Shown here: one piece after another, positions 1 to 9,231 of the stretch | Layout of the letters: every line of letters begins with the position of its first letter | Position numbering within the stretch: the stretch's first letter is position 1 | DNA from: Chrysochromulina tobinii | Taxonomy: Eukaryota | Length of the DNA: 64,000 bases | Assembly (NCBI GenBank): GCA_001275005.1 | Contig: JWZX01003399.1 | Span: 1 to 64,000 of the forward strand | Direction of reading: 5' to 3' | Notes under the pieces: model-generated | What the model was told of the DNA's origin: nothing | The model's input: the letters and a program-made list of their open reading frames with translations, nothing else | Databases searched by the model: none | Translations under genes and position numbers: made by a program

Positions 1-110
1 GCCTCAGCGGCGGCGGCGGCGACGGCGACGGCGGCAGCGAGGGCGGCGGCGACGGCGGCGGCGCAGTCGTCAGCCACGTCCGTTTTGGGAATTCCTAGGG
101 ACTTCGCGCG

Positions 111-305
111 ATGTCGTACCATGGGGAGACGGGGATCTCGTTGCCGCGCCACACCTATCGCTCGCCGACGGCGCTGGAGGGCATCGCGATGCTCAAGCGC
201 GGATGCATCGCCACCAAGTACGGCCGCGCGGGCAAGCCGCACAAGGTGACGTTCACGCTCTCAATTGATGAGCGCACGCTGTCATGGAAGGGAATGAATT
301 CCTAG
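111..305 (+). pseudogene. Truncated PH-domain fragment (PRAF/RLD-type PH N-terminus)
   Basis: LKRGCIATKYGRAGKPHKVTFTLSIDERTLSW resembles the LKKG..L.KYGRRGKPK...F.LS.DE..L.W start of this PH subfamily. The ORF stops at 305 inside a GAATTCCTAG motif. Confidence 0.5.
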
Positions 306-326
306 AGCGACTTTTCACTTTTCGTA

Positions 327-643
327 TGTCGGCTGCTGCTATTCCTGCGCCGCTGACGTGGGCGCACACGGATCTGAAAGTGGACATTTCCGAGGAGGAG
401 CTGCCCACGCTGGAGGCTTGCCGCGAGCTTAGCATTTCTGGCGGACGTGCTGCGCTGCTCCTTTACCTGCGCGAGGCTGGAGTCAAGAGCTTAGGAGTGC
501 GGCGCAAGATCGCCGGTGCAGTGGAGAAAATCTCAGCCGTGAATTCCTACATGAAATTCATAGGACGAACTTGGACTCGCACCTCGTCGCTCCCGAGCTC
601 ACCACACTCCGTCACAAAGCTGCCTCGTGGGCAACTCAAGTGA
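327..643 (+). pseudogene. Gene fragment with SAM-like helical motif
   Basis: ATG at 327 (MSAAAIPAP). GRAALLLYLREAGVKSLGVRRKIAGAV resembles a SAM-like motif and the N-terminus of the 20277 gene. Coding character fades after ~541. Confidence 0.3.
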
Positions 644-1097
644 GGACGAGCGGAGGTCGTCGTGCACTGGAGCACTCACGAGTCAACGTGCAGTGCCCTG
701 TTCCCGAGTTAGTCCCAGCAGCACGCGCTAGCTCCAGCGCGGCAGCATGTTGAGCGGCAGCACCATGGACCATGCCACCCATCCTCAACACACATCCGAG
801 TCATCACACTCTCCTCGGAACTCGGGTCTCGCGCTGCCGCTCTTTCACCCAGTCCCAGAGCTCTCACCTTTCAAAGCACAGAAACCGGTCGGTGAACACG
901 AAAGAAATCTACTGTAACTAGCCGCTCCTTCGCACGACCAAGGCTTGAAGCATGAAGGCAGGGGCGCGTCGGGCGAGGCAGAGTCGCAAAATATTGGACC
1001 GACTCAGTCTGGGTTCTGGCGGGCTCTGGGTCGGGCCAAGTTGAAAGGACTACCTGTCAACTTTCCGCGAGCGAGCCGACAGCACCAGGCGGCCCGC

Positions 1098-1828
1098 TCA
1101 TCGCACGCCGAAGACCTCCATGGGCGACATGTAGCGCGTCTTGTACACGCTCGCACCCGCCTCCCAGTTGGGCACGTCCTTCATGAGCTCCGCCTCGTTC
1201 TCAAGCATCTTGCTCTTGATGAACGCCGCCCTGCACACGCGCGTCACGCACCCACGCGAGAGAGGAGGTGAGTGCAAAGGAACTCAACTGAGCTCCGACG
1301 CAGCCGGGCTCCTGTGACGCCGCCGCGGCCGAGCCAAGCGACGCGCGGACGCGGACAGCGCGCGCGCGGCGGGGCGCGCGCGCGCGGCCTGCATACTTGA
1401 CGTCCGACTCAGCAGTCAGGAAGGGCAGCACGGCCATGCGAATATCCAGCTCCTCGCGGTTGAACGCCCTGCGCATCGAAGGCGAAGGTCACCCGTGAGT
1501 CAGTGGGCTGGCTGGCGCACAGGTAGCACTCGATACAAGGCAGGCGACTCAGCAGCAGCAACAGCGCTCTAAGAAGCTGCAGCGCGCTGCCAGCCTCGAA
1601 AGCTCGGCGCGCTTGCCTGCGCTGGCGGTTGGCGGCGATGATCTGGTACATGCCATATGTGAAGGTGAGCACAAGCCCCGACATGAGCGCGACCGAAGAC
1701 AGGCCGCCGGCGGGCAGGCTGCGCTGGATCTTGACAGCCGGGAAGCCACCGGGCGGAGGGCCATCCTGCACAAAATTGCCGGGCGTCTTGGGCCCGGCTG
1801 AGGCGAAGAGCGGTCGGGTCCAGCGCAT
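1098..1828 (-). CDS. NDUFA13: NADH:ubiquinone oxidoreductase subunit A13 (GRIM-19/B16.6); exons 1828-1617, 1468-1397, 1230-1098
   Basis: Spliced product has VQDGPPPGGF, a TM segment, AVLPFLTAESD and EAELMKDVPNWEAGASVY, all GRIM-19 motifs. Introns 1469-1616 (GC-AG) and 1231-1396 (GT-AG) keep the frame. Confidence 0.93.
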
Positions 1829-2239
1829 GGTGGCAGACCTGCCAGGACGCACTCGCACAGGCACTCGTCAAGTGGGAGCCGACAGTGCTGTGGAGACACT
1901 GCATTTACACGGACTTTGTTTTAAGAGCCTGTTCACACTGGTCTAACTCTCAAAGAGTCAAAGACAAACTTCTAACTTGTGATGTGCACCGCGTACCCTT
2001 TGACGTTAACGGAGTGCTGAACAAATGCCTACTCTTCCGTTCGTTTCCAAAATACGACAAATAACGGGAATGCGAATCGCGGTCCGGGACGTTGGAAACG
2101 TGGAAGCCCCGGCCCCCCTTCGAGGCCCGAGGGAGACACGTGGCACCAGAGTCCGCTCATAGAAGCGCCGGCCACACGAGGACACGAGAGGACACGAGAG
2201 GATACGAGAGGACAGAGCTCTGCTCCCCCGAGTGCTTGG

Positions 2240-5200
2240 CTAGCGCCGAATCTTGTACATGCCCGCGCTCAGCTCGAGCTTGCCGTCCTCGACGAGGCGC
2301 TGAAGGAAGCGTTGCAGCTCGGCCTCGGAGCGATCATACCCGCGGTCGCCGCCCGAGGCGGGCACGAACATGCGCAGCATGTTGTTAATACGCGCCAACG
2401 GCAGCTCCGTCAGGTTGGTGAGCATGCCGATGACGTACTGCTCGTACACGCGCATCTCCGCATCGAGCTGTGCCTCGGCCGCGCCGCCGCCGGCGCCCTC
2501 CTCCTCGTCGTCCTCGCCGCCCGGCCGCCCCTCGCCACCCTTGCCAAGGTGCGTCGGCGCCTCATAGTTGACGTCGCCGTCGGCGGAGCGCCCCTTCTCG
2601 AGGATGAAACCACGGTTGATCCAGAGAGCCAGCCGCTTCTTAAGCGTCTGAGCGTCCACCTTGAGCTTGGCGCTGAGCGTACGCAGCGACCATTGGGGCT
2701 GCGTGCCGAAGGCATCGAGGATCGTGGCATGCAACGGCGAGCAGCGCACGTTCTTCACGGTACGGTCGGCAAAGGTCACGTCGAGCGTCACCATGCCCAG
2801 GGCAGGCTTCCAGACGAGCTTGCGAGGGGCCTTGATGTGCATGTACCTGATGAGGGGCGCCATCAGAGGGGATCAGCGACGCACTCGGGGGCCATTCGGG
2901 GAGGCAAGCAGGGGCCTGATGAGGGGCGCCATCAGAGGGGGTCAAGGACGTAATCAGGGGCCCTCGGGGAGGCAATCAGGGCCCTCTGGGAGGCAACCAC
3001 GGTCCGTGAGCGTACTGCTTCTCGTAGCGCGCCATCTCGCTCACGAGCGCCGCGGGCAGCTCAAACGTCTCATTGGCGAGCGCGGGCCAGCACAGGCGCG
3101 ACACGATCGTCGCATCGAGGACGCGAGCCGAGCCGTCGTCAAAGTGCTGCTGGATCGCGCGCGTGTTGCGCTTGGACTCGGCGATGTCCTTGAGCATCAC
3201 CTCGCATTGCGACAGGGCGGTCTCGCCGAAGCGCTTCTTGAGCAGCTCGAGGTTGCGCACCTGTGGATGAGGGAGGCGACATGGGAGGCACTCAGCGGCA
3301 ACCCTTGGCAATCGGTTAGCGTCGGGAAGCCATCCGTGGCATGCGCACCTGTGGATGAGGGAGGCAATCAGTGGCAATCAGTGGCAATCAGTGGCAATCA
3401 GAAGCGCTTCTTGAGCGTCGGGTAGCCATCCGTGGCATGCGCACCTCGCGGTCCGTGTCGTAGTCCGAGGCGGTGAGCAGCTTGTCCGCGAGCATATTGC
3501 GGAACTCATTGACGAAGAGCGCGCGGGAGCCATAGATGTTGACGAGTCGCGAGAGCACATCAGCGTTGCGCCGGGCACTCGGGCGAGACGGGTCTGCCTG
3601 GATAGGATCGGGCTGCCACGCAAGCATCGTGGCTTCGTCCGCCTTGGCCTCCTCGGCATCGGCCGCGTCGTACAGGCTGCCGTCCGCGCCGCCATCGTCC
3701 GTGAGGAGCTCGGCTTCGCTTCCCGTATTCTCAAGCAGCTCTGAAGTCTCCGGGTCCGTGAGGGAGGTGACGATCTGCCGAATCGTATCGGGGCGCGCCT
3801 TGAGGTACGCACGCACGCGCTCGGAGACGGCCTCGAGCTTGACGCCACTCGGGTCCAGGCAACTGAGCGCCTTGATCGCGGACACGTACCTGTGGGGACG
3901 CGGGGCGCCGTGGTGAGCACGTGCATGCACGGCACGCGTGCAGGCTCCGGCGTGGGTCGTGGACACGTACACTTGGATGATGTTGGCCGTGTCGACGCCT
4001 GGAAGGAGCAGTCGCGCCTCGATTGCCGCGGAGAGGGCCCTCACCTGTGGGGAAGAGGGCGCGCCGTGGTGAGCACATGCATGCAGTCGCGCCTCGATTG
4101 CCGCGGAGAGGGCCCTCACCGCGTCCGAGTGCTGCTGGGTGTGGCTCAGGCACTCCCTCAGGTCGAGGATCGCGGGCATTGAGTCGGGGAAGTCGACGAT
4201 CAGATCGAAGAGCTCTCCGATGCGCAGCGAGCCGAGCGCCTGTCGAAGGAAGAACTGCAGCCGCGAGCCACGCAAGGGTGTGAACACGCCTGGGTATGAA
4301 CAGTGACCGTCCTCAGCAATCAGGGGCAATCACGCAAGGGTGTGAACACGCCAGGGTATGAACAGTGACCGTCCGCAGCAATCAGGGGCAATCACGGGTC
4401 TTCCGAGGGGGCATCAAAGGGACCACCCGACGCAACCCGACGCACTCCGACGCAACTCGACGCACTCGTCCGCGCACCTGGAGCCGCGCGAGCCAACGGC
4501 TCATCTCGGGCGTCTCTGGCGCCATCGGCGGCGCGTTGGGCATGAGCACCGCGCGCAGCCAACGCGCGACGCTTGAGTGGACCCAACTGAGGATGTGCTG
4601 CAGGTACGGCGTGTCGAAGCGCTTGGCGCACGTGCGCAGCAGCGCCGCGTGCAGCCGCCCGTGGAGCACAGTCGATAGCGTAGGCTCCACCAACGGGAGC
4701 CAGCGAAGTTGGTGCAGCTGGGCGGAGCACGCGCGCAGCGCCTCGGCGGCGGCGGCGGCGTCGACGCCCATGTTCTCGTCCTCGTCCTCGTCCTCGCCCT
4801 CAGCGCGCTCGTCGGCGTCCCACGCAACCACCTCCTCTTCGCCCTCCTCCTCGCCCTCCTCCTCGTCGCCATGCGGAGCGCTATGCTGAGCGCCCCCCAC
4901 AGCGCTCGCGGGCGGAGGGGGCTCTCGCATGTCGATCACCGAGCGGTGCCAGCAGACCGTCAGCCACCAGGATAAGGCAGCTTGCGTGGGCGCGCGAGAG
5001 AGCACGAGCGCGTGCAGCGTCTCGAGCACCTCGTTGAACATAATCTTCCTCGGCGGAACGGCACCGACGGCGACGCGGGCGGGAGGGGCGCCGCCGGGCG
5101 CCATGCCGGGCGCCATGGACCGCCAACCGTACTCCTCGAGCACCGAGACCATCGTGAGCTGCGCGCCCACGTACGCGGAGAGCTCGTGCGTGGCGGCGAA

Positions 5201-5605
5201 GAAGGCGGCCTGGATGCGCCGCTGCACAGCGGCGGAGCTGCGCACACCCGGCGCCACAGCCGGCAGCTCGCGGTAGTGCCGCCAGAAGCGAGGCACAGCG
5301 TGGTTGAACAGCCGCTCGCGCACGCCCTCCATGAACCACGCCTTGAGCAGCCCGTACATGTTGCGATCGACGACCAGGTCGAGGTGCGCGCGCATCGCAG
5401 GCTCCTCGGCGCAGCGCCGCACGAACGCGGGTGATGCCGTCGGGCTGGCCATAATCTCCTGCTGCGACTGCACGATCGACCGCACGATCACGGTCCAGGA
5501 GGCGGTGGTCTCGATCAGCTCGGGCGTCCACTGCTCCGGGTGCTCGCGCTGGTGCTTCTCGGCGTCGCCCCAGGGCTGGGACGGGTTGAAGACGGCAAGA
5601 GGCAT
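2240..5605 (-). CDS. APC2: Anaphase-promoting complex subunit 2 (cullin homology); introns 4255-4477, 4045-4119, 3890-3970, 3261-3444, 2847-3015
   Basis: After splicing: LRIGELFDLIVDFPDS, RAYLKARPDTIR, WQPDP, LVNIYGSRALFVNEFRNMLADKLL, LELLKKRFGE...CEVMLKD, IKAPRKLVWKPALG and C-terminal winged helix YVIGMLTN..LPL.RI.NML.MF. Confidence 0.93.
2847..4477 (-). mobile_element. Cluster of five introner-like repetitive introns in APC2 (two cassette families)
   Basis: Introns 3890-3970 and 4045-4119 share GCATGCAyGTGCTCACCACGGCGC..CCCCACAG. Introns 2847-3015, 3261-3444 and 4255-4477 share CTGATTGCC-type repeats. Several copy neighbouring exon sequence. Confidence 0.7.
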
Positions 5606-5662
5606 CGCTTCTCTCCCGACACACTCCGAGTAGACGGCGCTGCTGCTGATCCCGCGAGGCAA

Positions 5663-5700
5663 ACCCCACAGGCCCCAAAAAGGCGTGCGTGGGAGGCGCT
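5663..5700 (-). mobile_element. Partial, diverged copy 3 of the SINE-like element
   Basis: AGCGCCTCCCACGCACGCCTTTTTGGGGCCTGTGGG on the minus strand matches the element core. Confidence 0.6.
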
Positions 5701-5804
5701 TCTATCCCTTCGCCGACTTCAACTCCTGTTCATCGAAAAGAAAGCATCGACATAATGTGTCGCACGGATCTCCTCGCGGAACGAAACTCAATTCCTCAAA
5801 CTCG

Positions 5805-7304
5805 ATGTCAGAGGCGCCGACTGACGAGATCACCCGCCTGCAGAGCACGGTGAGGTCGCAAGCCGCGGAGCTGCGCTCGCAAGCCGCGGAGCTGCGCCGC
5901 GCCCGCATTGAGGCCACCGCCTCCGCGGCGCGACTCGAGGCGCTCGGCACGCTCATCAAGCAGCAGCAGCAACTCGCATCCGAGTTGCAGATCCGACTTA
6001 TGGGTGCCAAGCTGCCCCAGCCCGCGCTCGCGATGCCGGATCCACCGAAACCAGCCGATGTCGCATCCACCGCTTCGGCGCACCTCGATGCTGCCCAAGC
6101 CTCGCTCGCGCAATGCGTGCTCTCGCTCGCCGCAGGTGGCACATCTGACAGTCCAGCATCCGTCAGCAAGCGGCTACCACCGCCGCCGAGCGATGCGGAC
6201 GCCTCGGACAGCGAGGGCGTCGACGAGGTCGACGACTTGAGCATACGCCTCGTCGCTGCGCTGCGAGCGTGCTCGTCGCTCAAGCAGATGGTGCCGCTCG
6301 CCGAGGCGGCGGCCGTGCAGCGATGTGACGAGCAGCGCGCTAGGCATCAGGCAGCTTCTGAGCGAGTGAGCCGCTCGGAGGCGGAAGCGCGCCGGCTGCT
6401 CACAGAAACCCATCAGCTGCGCGCCTCCGTGCGGTTGCTGCGCGAGCAGCTCAAGGCCGCCGCCCAATCACACGCCACCGAGCTCACCGTGGTGCACTCG
6501 GAAATGCGGCAGCTGAGGCTCGCCCTATCGACGGCGTTGCGGCGACCGAAGCCCAACGGCCTGGTGACGAAGCCCAACGGCCTGGCGACGCCGGCGACCT
6601 CGCGGCAGCACTTGGCGTCGAGGAGCACGCCCGCGGCACAGTTGGCCGAAGACGACGACACGGGCGCCTCCGCAGCAGGCCTCGAGCAGCCCGCAGCAGC
6701 AATGAGCACCCTGGACTTCCTGGACTCGCTCGCAGACGACCAGCCGGAGGACGCTCAGGAGGACGCGACCCTCCTCGCGCCCAAGGGCCGGGGCGGCGGC
6801 GTCGGCGCGCTCGGTGGTGCCCCTGCCGGCCCTCGTGATGAGGGTGAGCTGAGCCATGCGGAGGACAAGACCGCGGACCTGGAAGCGTTCGAGAACGATC
6901 GATTACTGGGCGCCGAGCTGACGTGGCACATCGCGGACGAGGAAGGCCTGGTGGGCGCCATGTTGGGCGCTTCGGTGGGCGCTATGGTGGGCGTGGAGCA
7001 CATGCAGTCGCAGGCGCAGGCGGCCGCCCTCGCCAAGGCCGTCCTCGTCATGAGGGCGGCTGTACCTCCGGTGCCAGCACCGCTGGCTCCAGCACCGACG
7101 GCGCCCTTCTCGGCCGGTCGTCGAGCAGCGAAAGCGCCGCCATGGCGAGGGCCGCCTGATGTGATGCCCACGGGTGGCTCGTGCTTGGGCTCGGACACCC
7201 GCTGTGCGGGCGACGCGATCGACGTGATCGCGTCGCGCGATCCCGCCGTCGGGGTCTCGCGCCGGCTGCTGCACGGCGCCAATCTGTGGGGCGCGTCCTC
7301 GTGA
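5805..7304 (+). CDS. Hypothetical coiled-coil/low-complexity protein
   Basis: ~500-codon ORF from ATG 5805 with two heptad-rich segments; no recognisable domain. Confidence 0.6.
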   Translation: MSEAPTDEITRLQSTVRSQAAELRSQAAELRRARIEATASAARLEALGTLIKQQQQLASELQIRLMGAKLPQPALAMPDPPKPADVASTASAHLDAAQASLAQCVLSLAAGGTSDSPASVSKRLPPPPSDADASDSEGVDEVDDLSIRLVAALRACSSLKQMVPLAEAAAVQRCDEQRARHQAASERVSRSEAEARRLLTETHQLRASVRLLREQLKAAAQSHATELTVVHSEMRQLRLALSTALRRPKPNGLVTKPNGLATPATSRQHLASRSTPAAQLAEDDDTGASAAGLEQPAAAMSTLDFLDSLADDQPEDAQEDATLLAPKGRGGGVGALGGAPAGPRDEGELSHAEDKTADLEAFENDRLLGAELTWHIADEEGLVGAMLGASVGAMVGVEHMQSQAQAAALAKAVLVMRAAVPPVPAPLAPAPTAPFSAGRRAAKAPPWRGPPDVMPTGGSCLGSDTRCAGDAIDVIASRDPAVGVSRRLLHGANLWGASS

Positions 7305-7388
7305 GCACAGCGCCAATCTGTGGGGCGCGTCCTCGTGAGCGCCCTCGTGAGCGTCCTCGTGAGCGTCCTCATGAGCGTCCTCGTGAGC
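7276..7388 (+). repeat. Tandem repeats at the 3' end of the ORF
   Basis: GCGCCAATCTGTGGGGCGCGTCCTCGTGAGC occurs twice, followed by about five 12-bp GTGAGCGTCCTC units. Confidence 0.85.
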
Positions 7389-7971
7389 CCCAAAAGGCCG
7401 GACTGAAGTGAACCCGACAACGGCGAGAAGGTCAGATAGGTGCGGATGCTGCGCCGCGCGAGGTGTCTCAGGCCGGGAGGTCCTCAGGTCAGAAGCGCGG
7501 CGGAGGAGTGAACTGCTGAATTTCGTTGATGACACGCGGGCCCCGCCGACGCCACCTCGGTCCTCGCGGGTCGATCGAGAACAATATATCTCATGTAGCT
7601 CGGATAGCCGCATAGGCCGGCAGTCATAGCCATAAGCCGACCGCCGCGGGCGACGGTCCGCCAGACCCTTTGACGACGACTCAACGGACAGTAGACACCA
7701 CACACAGGCCCGCCCGGAGCACCACAAATATTGTTAAGTACACCAAATTGAAAATTTTATACAAGAGCTGACCGCGCGCCATCGCTCTACTTGCATACTC
7801 ACGGCCTCACCCGCAGATACTGTTCGGTTCTGTTCTCTGGACACAGTATGCCGCACGTCCCCGCGCCGCTCTCGGGCGTCGGGCACGCACAGAGTCCACA
7901 CATATCGCGGCCGCCACGAACCTTGCGGGTGCCATATCGGTCCGCAATTCCACAGCGGCGCCATCACGTAC

Positions 7972-8729
7972 TCAGTTGATGATCCGCGAGTCGGGCGCCA
8001 CGGTGAGGCCGCTGAAGGTCATCATCTCAGGGCTCTGCGACTCGTGCGGGTGGCTCGGGCCCTTGTACACCTATGCGGCATGGAGGGCGAAGGGCGGTCG
8101 GGGATGAGCGCCGAGGGGCGGGAGGGAGGAGGGGAGGAGGGGATGGGGGAGGAGTGTGGGGCGGCCCGGTTCGATCGCCTCCCGAGAGAAGAGGCCTGAG
8201 CACGCACCTTGAGGTGGCGGAAGAGGTTGCGGCCGTGCGAGTTCTTCGGCAGCATGCCGACGATCGCCTTCTCGACGATGCGTTCGGGAATGCGCGCCTG
8301 CAGCTCTTCGAAAGTCTCGATCGTCATGCCGCCAGGCCGACCCGAGTGCCGCCGGTAGAACTTATCCTTCGCCTTGTTGCCCGTCACAATGACCTTCTCA
8401 CAGTTGACAATGATGACGGCATCGCCCACGTCCGCGCCGTGCGTGAAGGTGGCCTTGTGCTTGCCGAGCAGGAGCTTGGCCGCCTCCGACGCCATGCGAC
8501 CGAGGCGCAGCCCCTCGGCATCGATCACCACCCATTTTTTGTTGGCGACCACCATGTCGGCCGCCTTGGGAAACCACGTCTTCTGGGCAGCGGTGGGCTC
8601 GAGCGAAGCGACGCCCTCCTCCATGGTGACGCGCGCGTCGCGTGTCTGCTGCTGCGGAACGGACGCGCACCGCGGCGCGACCAAGGGCGTCGGCGCGAAC
8701 GCCAGCATCGTGTAGGCGAGAGCCAGCAT
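7972..8729 (-). CDS. rpl13: Plastid-targeted 50S ribosomal protein uL13; intron 8071-8207
   Basis: [56 protein letters not shown]; spliced tail [17 protein letters not shown]-terminal signal peptide [11 protein letters not shown] plus a transit-like segment. Confidence 0.93.
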
Positions 8730-9231
8730 GGGAGACGGAAGGGACAGGACGTGTCGACGGAGAGCGCTGCTCGTCAGCGAGATCGCCCATTTTCCCACAG
8801 AGTGCAAACCTTGACCTACTCGCCCCGACGAACAACGACAATAGTCTGCACTAATAAGCACTACTTTGAATGCCTGTCTAGTAACTCTGTATCCAAGATT
8901 TTTTGTGATGAGCGCTAAAACGAATTCCGAAACGACCTCGCCAATTCGCAACGCGAAAAAGTTGTGTTGGAGAGACCAAAAGGTGCCCACTCCCGCTGCC
9001 CATGCTGCTGCTGACGCGCGGCCTGGTGGAGGCGCGATCGATCGCTCCCGCAGGCGGCGTGCACGCACGACGCTCTGCTGAGGACTATTCTCGCAGCAGC
9101 CGCCAGCTCTCGCGCCCCGGAGACGCTGCTCCGGCACACCGCGCCGCACGCCGAAAGCGCTACGAAGGCTCTGCGCTGACTGTGTTGCCTGCCCTGTCAC
9201 CTCGCGCGCAGTAACCTAGCTTACTACAACA

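Noticed and set aside
3360..3401. (GGCAATCAGT)n, and the 62-bp repeat at 4269-4392, as CRISPR-like arrays
   Set aside because: Contiguous tandem units without unique spacers, inside eukaryotic introns; no cas genes in the window.
8730..9200. Long N-terminal extension of the rpl13 ORF
   Set aside because: Non-ATG start crossing an AT-richer divergent promoter; the signal peptide begins at ATG 8729.
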